Assembly: GCA_038323715.1 (NCBI GenBank)
Contig: JBBQHF010000004.1
Span: 6,159-70,158, forward strand
Direction of reading: 5' to 3'
DNA: 64,000 nt
Origin: Patescibacteria group bacterium
GTDB taxonomy: Bacteria > Patescibacteriota > Patescibacteriia > Patescibacteriales > UBA12465
In this document: positions 54,134-63,125 of the stretch, in pieces
Layout: the number at the start of each line of letters is the position of its first letter
Position numbering within the stretch: position 1 is the stretch's first letter
Translations under genes and position numbers: made by a program
The notes under the pieces: generated by a model
Database searches by the model: none
What the model saw: the letters and a program-made list of their open reading frames with translations, nothing else
Told to the model about the DNA's origin: nothing

Positions 54134-54961
54134 ATGTTTTACCTCCTGCACACATTCTCGCCTCAATCAATAATAATTACTCTTGGCCCCATAAGCTTAC
54201 ACTGGTATGGCCTATTTATTGTTATCGCAATTACCACGGCACTCATTATAACTCAAAGGCTGGGTAAAAAATATTATAATTTAGATTCAGAAAAAATATT
54301 TGACTTATCTTTTTGGCTTATTATTTGGGGCGTAATCGGAGCTAGGGTTTATGATATCTTTCTCCAACTTCCATACTATATCAACCACCCCCTACAAACC
54401 TTACAAATTTGGAAAGGGGGCTTGGCTATTCATGGTGCCATCTTAGCCGGACTAATTGTAATATTCTATTTTAGCCGGAAAAACAAAATTAACTTTTTTA
54501 AAATTACTGCCTTATTCGTGCCCGGGTTAGCCCTAGGGCAAGCTATCGGCCGATTCGGTAATTATTTCAACCAAGAATTATTTGGTCTGCCGACAAATCT
54601 ACCATGGGGAATACCAATTGAGGCTATTAATCGTCCAGCCGAATTTATAACCTTTAAATATTTTCAACCTACATTTTTATATGAAAGTTTAGGATGTTTA
54701 TTAATATTTATTATTTTATATCAAGTACAAAAAAAATATCATACCCAAAAAATAATAAAACCAGAATTTTATATTTGGTTCACAGCAATGTATATGATAT
54801 TATATTCATTGTTAAGATTCTCTTTAGAATTTATTAGAATAGATTATGCTCCGGTTATATTAGGGTTGCGCTTACCGCAAATAGCAAGTTTAATTTTAAT
54901 CTTATTGTCACTTTTAATATTAATTAAAAAAACTAATGTTTTTGCTAAATATAAAAAATAA
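54134..54961 (+). CDS. lgt: Prolipoprotein diacylglyceryl transferase
   Basis: HWYGLFIVIAI, GARVY, WKGGLAIHG and GRFGNYFNQELFG. Confidence 0.9.
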   Translation: MFYLLHTFSPQSIIITLGPISLHWYGLFIVIAITTALIITQRLGKKYYNLDSEKIFDLSFWLIIWGVIGARVYDIFLQLPYYINHPLQTLQIWKGGLAIHGAILAGLIVIFYFSRKNKINFFKITALFVPGLALGQAIGRFGNYFNQELFGLPTNLPWGIPIEAINRPAEFITFKYFQPTFLYESLGCLLIFIILYQVQKKYHTQKIIKPEFYIWFTAMYMILYSLLRFSLEFIRIDYAPVILGLRLPQIASLILILLSLLILIKKTNVFAKYKK

Positions 54962-56117
54962 AGGAATAAAGTCTCGCCGTTATTTAATGTACTCGATTGG
55001 CTTTATTCTATCAGTCTCCACGGCCTTGCCAGCTTACATTCAATCAAGTTTCTTAAGGCAATACCTTAGCCTAGAATTGATTAGTTTATTGTTTGTAGCT
55101 ACTAATACAATCACCATCGCGGCTATCAGCTTGTTCCCGCATATTATAAGAAAGTTTAGTAATTATTTAACAGCTAAATTTACAGTGATCGCTTATGGCA
55201 TCTCTTTGCTAGGACTAGCGACTATTAATTCTCCATATTTAATTATATTTTTCTTTCTAACGTTTATCGTCAGTTCTAATTTACTCTGGATAAACATGGA
55301 TATTTTGCTAGAGTCGGCTTCGTCTGATAAAAAAACAGGGAGAATCAGAACTCTTTATTTAACTTTAAATAACCTCGGCTGGATATTATCACCAATGATC
55401 TCAGTTTACTTAGTCCGAGATGGCGGCTACTCTTTGCCTTTTTTAATTTCTGCGACCTTAATTATTCCTCTGTTTTTGGTTTTGATAATCCAGAAAAAAA
55501 ATTTAAAAATTGCGAAGAAATATAAAAAAGAAAATTTATTAAAAAGTTTTAAAAAATTATGGGCTAATTCAAACTTAAAAGGCGTGTTTGTTTTAGCTGT
55601 TTTACTCAATCTTTTTTACAGTTGTGCGGTTTTATATTTGCCAATTTATTTAAACCAAGGCTTGGGGATAGATTGGAAAAATTTGGGCTGGATGTTTTCT
55701 TTAATGCTTGTGCCTTTTTCTCTGTTTGAATTTCCGGCAGGATACTTAGCCGATAAATACTTTGGCGAAAAAGAAATGATGTCTATTGGATTATTTATTA
55801 TTTTTATTTCATTAATTCTTTTCTTTTTAATAAGTACCCCCACTCTTTGGGTATGGGCGATTGCCTTATTTATAAGTAGAATTGGAGCTGCTCTAGTAGA
55901 ATCAATGAGAGACACATATTTCTTTAAAAACGTAAATGCCGGAGAAGTTGGTTATATAAATATATTTCGTATGACTGGCCCCTTGGGTTATGTTTTAGGA
56001 GCCGCTCTAGCTTCTTGCCTGCTCTGGGTTATGCCAATAAATTATTTATTTATTGCTTTCGCAATTATTTTAGTACCAGGATTCTATTATATATCCATAA
56101 TCAAGGATACCAAATAG
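54936..56117 (+). CDS. MFS-type transporter
   Basis: About 12 TM helices in a 6+6 layout with a basic central loop. An alternative ATG at 54987 would remove the 26-nt overlap with lgt. Confidence 0.6.
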   Translation: MFLLNIKNKGIKSRRYLMYSIGFILSVSTALPAYIQSSFLRQYLSLELISLLFVATNTITIAAISLFPHIIRKFSNYLTAKFTVIAYGISLLGLATINSPYLIIFFFLTFIVSSNLLWINMDILLESASSDKKTGRIRTLYLTLNNLGWILSPMISVYLVRDGGYSLPFLISATLIIPLFLVLIIQKKNLKIAKKYKKENLLKSFKKLWANSNLKGVFVLAVLLNLFYSCAVLYLPIYLNQGLGIDWKNLGWMFSLMLVPFSLFEFPAGYLADKYFGEKEMMSIGLFIIFISLILFFLISTPTLWVWAIALFISRIGAALVESMRDTYFFKNVNAGEVGYINIFRMTGPLGYVLGAALASCLLWVMPINYLFIAFAIILVPGFYYISIIKDTK

Positions 56118-56171
56118 CAATTGACTTTCAGGCAATTATTTTATAATATAGGAAGCGACAGTAAAATACAC

Positions 56172-56243
56172 GCGGGTATCGTATAATGGCTTTTATATCA
56201 GCCTTCCAAGCTGAGGATAGGGGTTCGATTCCCCTTACCCGCT
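56172..56243 (+). tRNA. tRNA-Gly (UCC)
   Basis: GCGGGTA...TCAGCCTTCCAAGCTGA...AGGGGTTCGATTCCCCTTACCCGCT. Confidence 0.85.
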
Positions 56244-56252
56244 CAGTAAAAC

Positions 56253-56280
56253 AAAGAGACTCCGAAAGGAGTCTTTTTGT
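56253..56280. terminator. Intrinsic terminator (GAAA tetraloop)
   Basis: AGACTCC (56257-56263), GAAA loop, GGAGTCT (56268-56274), followed by TTTTT. Confidence 0.75.
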
Positions 56281-56306
56281 TTTTCAATATTTGATAAAGA
56301 TAATAC

Positions 56307-56723
56307 TTATTTTTTTCTATTTATTAAAACAATGAGCAATAGAATTAAAAATATTAAATGTAGAAAAAAATCTGTCGGATTAGCATTAAATACAAATAGC
56401 TCACTTAAACTGTGAATGATTCTAACTCCGTTAATTTTCAAAGCATTAACCAGCGCAAAAACTAAGAATAAAATTAAAACGGTGGCGGCTAATTTAACCT
56501 TTCTGCCTATTAATAAAAGAATACCAAAGCCTATTTCTATAATTAGAATAAACCAAGTAAAAAATATAGGTAAATCTAAATAAACCAGTTCTAACTCCGC
56601 TACGCCTGGATTAAAAATACGAAAGAAGCCAGCCGCTAAAAAAATGAGGGCCATTAAAATACGTAACAGCTCTGCTGGTTTAAAAAATATTTTTTTAAAA
56701 TTTTCCAAAATCATATTTAACAA
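56307..56723 (-). CDS. DoxX-like small membrane protein
   Basis: 138 aa with 4 TM helices, a DoxX-type layout. Confidence 0.45.
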   Translation of the reverse strand: MLNMILENFKKIFFKPAELLRILMALIFLAAGFFRIFNPGVAELELVYLDLPIFFTWFILIIEIGFGILLLIGRKVKLAATVLILFLVFALVNALKINGVRIIHSLSELFVFNANPTDFFLHLIFLILLLIVLINRKK

Positions 56724-57402
56724 TTTGTTTTCTTATTTTTCTGTTGGTAATTGTAAACAGCCCCATCTTTAACCATTTCCAGCCTGATTGAAAAAATCCC
56801 TCTTTCTCTATCCGTCTTGAAGAATATAATAATTTAACTTTTTTGATCATTCTAAATCTTCCCAATTTTGCCATCCTTTCACAATAATCATAATCCTCTG
56901 CTAAAACAACGGTCAAATCAAAGCCATTTATACTATTATGCGCTTTATGATCAGCGATTAGACCAGCGCCAATCGCCGCTGGATGTTTGGAATTTTGTTT
57001 TAAATAACAAATTACATTTGAAGTAAGAGAATATATATTATAACACCAGCGATTAGGATTGAACTTAATAAAAAATCCAGCGATATACAAATTTCTATCT
57101 TTAAATTGTTGATAAATGATTGATAAAAAATTGTCAGGCAAAACTGAGTCCGCATCTAAGAATAAAAGCGTGTCTCCCTGCGCCAGTTTAGCCCCGCTGT
57201 TACGTTGGAATGACGGATGCTTAACACTACCATCAACAATTAACTTAGTCTGAAATGTTTTAGCAATTTCAACTGTTTTATCGGTGGACCCGCCATCAGA
57301 CACAATGATTTCGTAATCAAAAAAATTCTGCCTTTTAATTGATTGCAAAAGACGAGGTAAATATTTCTCTTCATTTAAAGTGGGAATGATAATAGACAAC
57401 AT
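56695..57402 (-). CDS. Family 2 glycosyltransferase
   Basis: LSIIIPTLNEEKYL, VSDGGSTD and the FLDADS (DxD) motif. Confidence 0.8.
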   Translation of the reverse strand: MLSIIIPTLNEEKYLPRLLQSIKRQNFFDYEIIVSDGGSTDKTVEIAKTFQTKLIVDGSVKHPSFQRNSGAKLAQGDTLLFLDADSVLPDNFLSIIYQQFKDRNLYIAGFFIKFNPNRWCYNIYSLTSNVICYLKQNSKHPAAIGAGLIADHKAHNSINGFDLTVVLAEDYDYCERMAKLGRFRMIKKVKLLYSSRRIEKEGFFQSGWKWLKMGLFTITNRKIRKQIVKYDFGKF

Positions 57403-57407
57403 AAAAA

Positions 57408-58457
57408 TTAAAAAATAGTTTTAGCAAATTCCCAATAGTCTTTATTGCCATTTTGATATTGATAATACCACCATTCAACTCCCCAAAGATAAGTTTTATT
57501 AAAATTAATATTAATCGCGTACTGTAAATTAGCCTTAAACTGTTCTAAATTAAAAGATTTATCAGCTTCGCTCTCTTGTAAATAAATTATGTTGCCCTGA
57601 GGCACCCAGGGCTCTGCCTGTAATTCAACGATCACTCGTTTATCTTTTGGAACACCAGCTAAATAGGCTTTTAGGCCATAAAACCAGGCGGGAATAGGAT
57701 ATCTAACATAACCGCTCCATTTGCCCCAGACAACACGATAGACAGTACTGCCAAAGATATCGGCTAATTTAGCTTCTTTGTGCCACCAGCTTAATTCACC
57801 TGTTGCCGAAATCATTATCGGCCTATCGTCTATTTTCTTAACGGCTTCTAGCTCTTTACTAAAGAACCATTCATCACTCGGAGGACAAATGCCAAATTCA
57901 TCAAAAAATGGCTCATTTTCTAATTGCCAGGCGATAATTGAGCTTTCCCCCTTATAGTGTTCTACCGTCGTAGAAAGCATTCTAATAGCTCTAGCTTGAG
58001 TCATGGATAAACTTTCTTGGTTGGTCCATTCTGGCGCGTGACATTCTGGCCATCTTGGTAAACGCCAGCCAATATTAGCAATGAACCTAACATCTCTCTT
58101 TTTCCCCTCCGCAATCATATAATCATAATCGGAAAAATCAAAAACACCATTAACCGCCTCAATATCATCCCAATAAATTGGCAACCTAACTTCTTTGACT
58201 TTCAAATCATCAAGCATCGCGAGATAAACTTCTTTCCAATCAAGGCCCATCTCCCGACAAAATTTAGTAGAAAAAGTTACCCCGAAAAAATCTGGTTCAT
58301 GTTTTAAATTGATATCAAGTGGGTAATTATTTGCAATTTTTGTAAAATAAATACCAGCCGCAATTAAAACTAAAAAAATTCCAATTACAAAACAACGACG
58401 ATAATTACACGCAAAATTATTTTGGATACCAAAATTTTTTATTTTTCCTTTAAACAT
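57408..58457 (-). CDS. Membrane-anchored clan GH-A (TIM-barrel) glycoside hydrolase-like protein
   Basis: N-terminal TM helix. WQLENEPF contains the Asn-Glu acid/base motif typical of GH-A families. Confidence 0.45.
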   Translation of the reverse strand: MFKGKIKNFGIQNNFACNYRRCFVIGIFLVLIAAGIYFTKIANNYPLDINLKHEPDFFGVTFSTKFCREMGLDWKEVYLAMLDDLKVKEVRLPIYWDDIEAVNGVFDFSDYDYMIAEGKKRDVRFIANIGWRLPRWPECHAPEWTNQESLSMTQARAIRMLSTTVEHYKGESSIIAWQLENEPFFDEFGICPPSDEWFFSKELEAVKKIDDRPIMISATGELSWWHKEAKLADIFGSTVYRVVWGKWSGYVRYPIPAWFYGLKAYLAGVPKDKRVIVELQAEPWVPQGNIIYLQESEADKSFNLEQFKANLQYAININFNKTYLWGVEWWYYQYQNGNKDYWEFAKTIF

Positions 58458-58483
58458 AAAATTAAACCATCTATTAATATATC

Positions 58484-59419
58484 TTATAAAGCAATAAAAT
58501 AAAGGCCAATCGCAATTAAAATAACGGCGAATGTTTTTTGCAGAACAATGCGCCAGGAAAAAACATCTTTTAATAACTTGGGAGCCAAGGAAGCTAAAAC
58601 CGCGCTAATGATTAATAGAAAAGCATATTGGAATCCTTGTAGCGCATTTACAATAGCCACTGATCCTAAAAAAATCGCATAATTTTGTAGCATGAAACCA
58701 GAAGCACCTAACATCTGATTTATAACCACTAAACTTTTATTAGCGCCTGGTTGATTATTCTGAAATAATAAAAATATTTGCTGTCTATCCTTTTTTCTAA
58801 TTAAAAATAAGAGCACAAATAATCCCGCGCCTAAACGAGTCCAAAGAAAAGCGCTCAAAAAAGTTTGGTCAGTATAAGAATATTTAGTTATTATAAAATA
58901 CAAAGAATATAAAAAGGCCGACAGCAAGGCTAGCCATAATCCTCCTTTTCCATAATTTTGTCCCAAACGCATCTTCTTCATCACTCTAGTTAAAAAGCTG
59001 CGTGACTGCGGCAAAAAGGCAATCGTTAGAGCTCCGGCCAGTAAAGCAGCCATTCCTCCCCATTGATTGATGGTAAATATTTCTTTAAAAAATAAAATGG
59101 AAAATATAATTGAAAAAATAGGTGTTAGCCCTCCAATAAAAACAAGGATTTTAGCCGCTTCGCCTCTTTTCAAAGATTCATACAAAGACCAAAGCGCCAA
59201 AGCAAAAATAATACCCGCAAAGATATCAAGCAAAAATAAAAACCCTCCGGGCCATTTCATAAACCAAGGGGCTAATCCTAAAACCAGTAAACCCAAAATA
59301 CAAGCAGCAAAAGTATAAGCTAATGAACTCTTTAAAACATTATCAACTACGAACTTATCTAAGAGATTCGCAATTGCTAAAAAAAGATAAGCAGTCAGAG
59401 CAACAAATAACCAGGTCAT
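58484..59419 (-). CDS. EamA/DMT-family transporter
   Basis: 311 aa, 10 TM helices arranged as two 5-TM repeats. Confidence 0.6.
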   Translation of the reverse strand: MTWLFVALTAYLFLAIANLLDKFVVDNVLKSSLAYTFAACILGLLVLGLAPWFMKWPGGFLFLLDIFAGIIFALALWSLYESLKRGEAAKILVFIGGLTPIFSIIFSILFFKEIFTINQWGGMAALLAGALTIAFLPQSRSFLTRVMKKMRLGQNYGKGGLWLALLSAFLYSLYFIITKYSYTDQTFLSAFLWTRLGAGLFVLLFLIRKKDRQQIFLLFQNNQPGANKSLVVINQMLGASGFMLQNYAIFLGSVAIVNALQGFQYAFLLIISAVLASLAPKLLKDVFSWRIVLQKTFAVILIAIGLYFIAL

Positions 59420-59422
59420 AAA

Positions 59423-60703
59423 TTATTTTTTTAAAAATATATTTTCTATTTCGTAAGCGCCAAGGCTGTTACCATTTAAAAATCCATCCATCGCCGCGCG
59501 CGCTAAACGCCCGGAGTCCAGCATATCAAATAGCCATTCATCAACATATTTAACATCCATGCTATCTATACCCGCTCCAATAGAAATTAACCATTCGCGA
59601 TTAAAATCCTCCTGACTACCAACAGGGGCGGACATAATAATTGGCAAACCTAATCCACTATAAAACGAGAGTTCAGATGGCTTTGTCCAAAGAATATCAG
59701 TATTATGTAAACAATTATTAAAAAGCTTAAAATATTTTAGCTTATCTTCATGAAATATTATTTTAACATCGCCCCCCTCAACCAATCCACACTTGCTAAT
59801 CTCTTCTTTAAAATATTCTACAACCTCTGGCCTATTGCCAGCGACCAAATTTAAACTAATTTTTTTATCTCTTATCTTATTTGCCAGTCTTTTCATAACT
59901 AAAATTCCAATTTCTTTTTGAGCACCAGCACCACCGACAGCGAAAGTAATCGCAATTTTTTTTGAACCTGTTTTGGTTAAACATTCAGGCACTATTTTTT
60001 CTAACAGCGCTTTTTCTTTACTGCGATAACTACCCTTGGAATCAAGGGTTGATAATCTTTTTGCTAAATCTTCTTTTAATATAAATTGTTTTTCTCCAAC
60101 ATTTTCCTTTGGTAGCGGAAAGCCAGAAATTATAATATTTTTAGCACTAACCCCATACATCATTAGTCTCTTTTTAACTTTTTCGCTAGGAACAAAAAAC
60201 TTAGTGCGACTATCTTGAGGTTTTATAGGAGCCCAAGCACGCGAAATATCAGCGTCACATACCACACAATAAATATCACCTTGATAATTATGATATTCCG
60301 CCATATAAGCAACCACAAAAAATGTTGTCACTAGCGGCAACTGGCTAACACTTAATTTATCCATCAAGTCTTTGCCTAAGCCTTTTTTGACAAGCTTAAA
60401 AAAATATCTTTGTTGTATTGTTGGTTCTGATAAATTTCTAAAAGGATATAGGGGTTGAATTTTCTGAAAAGCATCCATTATTTTAAAAACTGCTTGTCCT
60501 AAAATAGGAATCTTTTTAAATCTAGATATCTTTTCGTAAGAGCTTAAATTTTTTATCCAATAATTTTTTTCCCAATCTGGGATTCCCTCATAATCATTAA
60601 CGGTAATAATTTCTCCACCACCAAGATCTAATAATGGATAGGCGGCACGTTGATGTCCATACCCCATATCAGCCGCTACTAAATTTATTTTTTTATTCTT
60701 CAT
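59423..60703 (-). CDS. GT-B glycosyltransferase, MGDG synthase/UgtP (GT28)-like
   Basis: N-terminal DMGYGHQRAAYPL (G-x-GH-x-x-AA), and C-terminal WTKPSELSFYSGLGLPIIMSAPVGSQEDFN resembling TKPGG...GLP...P-x-GQE. Confidence 0.55.
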   Translation of the reverse strand: MKNKKINLVAADMGYGHQRAAYPLLDLGGGEIITVNDYEGIPDWEKNYWIKNLSSYEKISRFKKIPILGQAVFKIMDAFQKIQPLYPFRNLSEPTIQQRYFFKLVKKGLGKDLMDKLSVSQLPLVTTFFVVAYMAEYHNYQGDIYCVVCDADISRAWAPIKPQDSRTKFFVPSEKVKKRLMMYGVSAKNIIISGFPLPKENVGEKQFILKEDLAKRLSTLDSKGSYRSKEKALLEKIVPECLTKTGSKKIAITFAVGGAGAQKEIGILVMKRLANKIRDKKISLNLVAGNRPEVVEYFKEEISKCGLVEGGDVKIIFHEDKLKYFKLFNNCLHNTDILWTKPSELSFYSGLGLPIIMSAPVGSQEDFNREWLISIGAGIDSMDVKYVDEWLFDMLDSGRLARAAMDGFLNGNSLGAYEIENIFLKK

Positions 60704-60751
60704 AAAAAAAACTAAAAACTATTTTCTTAATAACTGTTAATATTATAGCAA

Positions 60752-61663
60752 TTAGGACTTCATTTGAATATATTGATAAGCGTGTAGAGCGGCGATTGTT
60801 GCTTGCCCCATAGCGATTGTTATCTGTTTAAATTCACAATCGGTAACGTCGCCAGCCGCAAAAAGACCAGGAGTCTTTGTTTCCATATTCTTTTTTACAA
60901 TAATTTGATTTTTTTCATTGCGCTCTACAAAATCAGCTACTAAGTCGGTACTAGCAATTCTTCCCACCTCAACAAAAACACCATCTAGCTCAATTTCTCT
61001 TTCAGCTAAAGTATTTCTATCTTTTATTATGATTTTTTCGACTTTATTGTTTCCGGTAATATTTTTAATTTCAGAATTCATGATGATTTCCAGATTATCA
61101 CGCCCCTTCACTTCATCTATAAGAGTATCAAAGGCCTTAAAAGTATCATTTCTATGGATTAGATACACCTGAGACGCAATTTTGGACATTAGTTCGGCCG
61201 CATCTAAAGCAGAATTACCGCCCCCAATAATAGCCACCTTCTTATTTCTATAAAATGGTCCATCACAATTGGCACAATACGAAACACCCTTGCCATTAAA
61301 TTCTACTTCACCGGACACAGCTAAACGTCTCGGAGATAGGCCCATGGCAATTATAACCGTTTTAGCCTCAAAAGAAGCACGATTAGTATACAAGGTAAAA
61401 TGGCCATCTTCGGCCTTTTCTATTTTTTGGACCTCATCATCTGCAAACTCAACGCCAAAATTACCAGCCTGCTGTCTAATTCTTTGAATTAACTCAAAAC
61501 TCTTAATTAACTCAAATCCAGGATAATTTTCTATCTCATTAGCCCACACAAGCTGTCCGCCAACCTCTTTGCCGATTATAAGCGTTTTCATCTCTCTTCT
61601 CACTGCATATATGCCAGCAGTCATCCCTGCTGGACCAGAGCCAATAATTATAACGTCATACAT
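60752..61663 (-). CDS. trxB: Thioredoxin-disulfide reductase
   Basis: IIGSGPAGMTAGIYA, redox CANCDG, second GxGxxA (IIGGGNSALDAA), and GLFAAGDV. Confidence 0.9.
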   Translation of the reverse strand: MYDVIIIGSGPAGMTAGIYAVRREMKTLIIGKEVGGQLVWANEIENYPGFELIKSFELIQRIRQQAGNFGVEFADDEVQKIEKAEDGHFTLYTNRASFEAKTVIIAMGLSPRRLAVSGEVEFNGKGVSYCANCDGPFYRNKKVAIIGGGNSALDAAELMSKIASQVYLIHRNDTFKAFDTLIDEVKGRDNLEIIMNSEIKNITGNNKVEKIIIKDRNTLAEREIELDGVFVEVGRIASTDLVADFVERNEKNQIIVKKNMETKTPGLFAAGDVTDCEFKQITIAMGQATIAALHAYQYIQMKS

Positions 61664-61855
61664 AAAAAGTAAATGCCACCAATAAGCAGCTAAAATAAAT
61701 AAATTATAATTATATTATAAGGTTTTTAGACATTAAAAGCAAACAAAAAAACTATGATATGGCCCATTTTTTGAAAAATAAAAAATACTTAATTCTAGCT
61801 AAATATGACCTGATAGTAACAGCTTTTCCACAGTTTTTACTCTAAATTATTTTGT

Positions 61856-61872
61856 TTAATATTAGCCAAATA
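61856..61872 (+). repeat. Intergenic 17-mer TTAATATTAGCCAAATA (copy 3 of 3)
   Basis: Exact match. 61855-61877 (TTTAATATTAGCCAAATAAAAAA) equals the reverse complement of 50736-50758. Confidence 0.9.
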
Positions 61873-61916
61873 AAAAAGAAAAGTCCACATTTTTGTAGAC
61901 TTTTCCTCTTTTTTTA
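61872..61916. terminator. Intrinsic terminator (serves the minus-strand HAD-like gene; bidirectional design)
   Basis: GAAAAGTC (61878-61885) pairs with GACTTTTC (61898-61905), with A/T runs on both sides. Confidence 0.7.
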
Positions 61917-61956
61917 AATATCACAGATAAAAATATTTTTTACTATTTTATAATTA

Positions 61957-62361
61957 CTAATCGTCTAAAGATGCTTGATCTAAAAAATTTTTTAAAGCAT
62001 GTAAATCTTGTTTGCTTTCATCATAATGATGGGTATTTATACCTACAGAATTTGCACTGTTTATTGCCGCTAAATCATGTTCAAAATATATAACATCCTT
62101 TGCTGTTAGATTATTTTTATGCAGAAATATATCAAAATATTCTGGATTAGATTTTTCTGGGTTATGTTGTAACGTAAATACTTCATATGGCATTTTGTTT
62201 AACTCATATTCCTCGAATTTTTCATTATTTGCTCCAGTCAGAATAATTTTTTTATTTTCATACTTCTCAAGTAATTCATACATGTCTTTAAAAATACCAA
62301 ACTTTCCATCGTCTTTTTTTATTATAAAACAAAATACAGCGTCTACTAAAATAACTTTCAT
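61957..62361 (-). CDS. Small HAD-like hydrolase fold protein with a degenerate motif I
   Basis: 134 aa. ILVDAVFCF stands in place of DxDxT/V. The C-terminal IYFEHDLAAINSANSVGI resembles HAD motifs III/IV. Confidence 0.4.
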   Translation of the reverse strand: MKVILVDAVFCFIIKKDDGKFGIFKDMYELLEKYENKKIILTGANNEKFEEYELNKMPYEVFTLQHNPEKSNPEYFDIFLHKNNLTAKDVIYFEHDLAAINSANSVGINTHHYDESKQDLHALKNFLDQASLDD

Positions 62362-62413
62362 AAATTTTAATAATTAATTCAATTAATTAAAACTTCTAAT
62401 GATTAAAGCTTCT

Positions 62414-62441
62414 AAAAAAACTAGCATAAGCTAGTTTTTTT
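62414..62441. terminator. Terminator 3' of tRNA-Ala
   Basis: AAAAAAACTAGC-ATAA-GCTAGTTTTTTT. Confidence 0.65.
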
Positions 62442-62442
62442 G

Positions 62443-62516
62443 TGGACCATAAGGGACTTGAACCCTTGACCTCTTCCATGCCATGGAAGCGCTCTAGCCA
62501 ACTGAGCTAATGGCCC
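62443..62516 (-). tRNA. tRNA-Ala (GGC)
   Basis: Reverse complement GGGCCATTAGCTCAGTTGGCTAGAGCGCTTCCATGGCATGGAAGAGGTCAAGGGTTCAAGTCCCTTATGGTCCA. The G3:U70 identity pair is present. Confidence 0.9.
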
Positions 62517-62544
62517 TTTAATGCTTAAGTCAATCGCTTACTTG

Positions 62545-62592
62545 ATCCGGATACTTTCTAAGCTCCGTTAGTTGCGAGTTAGCTAATGACCC
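62545..62592 (-). pseudogene. Degenerate copy of the tRNA-Ala 5' half (acceptor 5' strand plus D-arm)
   Basis: Reverse complement GGGTCATTAGCTAACTCGCAACTAACGGAGCT compared with genuine GGGCCATTAGCTCAGTTGGCTAGAGCGCT. No anticodon arm or T arm follows. Confidence 0.45.
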
Positions 62593-62603
62593 ATACTATC
62601 TTA

Positions 62604-62778
62604 ATTGTTCCTTGCAGAACATTCTCCCTAACTGTTTATAATTACTGACGCGTGCTTGATTTACAATATCTAAATCACTGATGTTCTTTGAAGAACATTC
62701 TTACGCCCGTTTTATAATTTTTAAGGGGAACAATCCTGCGCTGTGACTGCAGCGGTCATTGTTCCTTGAAGAACAATC
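62604..62778. repeat. Three spaced copies of a ~21-bp palindromic element (TGTTC-N6-GAACA core)
   Basis: ATTGTTCCTTGCAGAACATTC (62604-62624), GATGTTCTTTGAAGAACATTC (62680-62700) and ATTGTTCCTTGAAGAACAATC (62758-62778). Spacing is 76 and 78 bp. An extra half-site GAACAAT lies at 62728-62734. Confidence 0.8.
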
Positions 62779-62803
62779 AGTAAATACCTCAAACTACCAT
62801 AAA

Positions 62804-62831
62804 ATTATACCTAACCTGAAATAGTTGTCAA
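62804..62831 (-). promoter_or_regulatory. Consensus sigma70 promoter firing toward the palindromes and tRNA-Ala
   Basis: On the minus strand: TTGACA (62831-62826), 16-nt spacer, TATAAT (62809-62804). Confidence 0.6.
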
Positions 62832-62896
62832 TACCAAGCAATACAACTTTATTACGTTCTTGTCAATATATTGACAGAATTACTAATAAATACTGG

Positions 62897-62968
62897 TGTC
62901 CTCACCAGGAGTCGAACCTGGATCTAGAACTTAGGAGGCTCTTGTTCTATCCATTGAACCATGAGGAC
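62897..62968 (-). tRNA. tRNA-Arg (CCU)
   Basis: Reverse complement GTCCTCATGGTTCAATGGATAGAACAAGAGCCTCCTAAGTTCTAGATCCAGGTTCGACTCCTGGTGAGGACA. This is the only tRNA here followed by an encoded CCA (62896-62894). Confidence 0.85.
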
Positions 62969-63059
62969 TATATTTACTCCTGACAACACCATTATGCTGT
63001 TGTAATTTTAAGGCTGCCTTAATCTTATACTAATTTATTTTGTTTTTCAACTTTTTCCT

Positions 63060-63088
63060 TTGACAAGCTTGTCATATTAACTTAAAAT
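63060..63088 (+). promoter_or_regulatory. Sigma70-type promoter inside the palindrome TTGACAAGCTTGTCA
   Basis: TTGACA (63060-63065), 17-nt spacer, TAAAAT (63083-63088). The -10 overlaps ATG 63087, which argues for the downstream start. Confidence 0.45.
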
Positions 63089-63125
63089 GAAAGCAGTTAG
63101 GCTATTTTATTCACCTTTTAAATAT

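Noticed and set aside
62604-62778. Three ~21-bp repeats spaced 76-78 bp apart could be a small CRISPR array.
   Set aside because: The repeats are too short and are not identical (2-4 mismatches). There are only three units, they are palindromic across the whole repeat, no cas genes occur anywhere in the window, and the spacers contain promoter-like boxes. It is better described as a structured tRNA leader or operator set.
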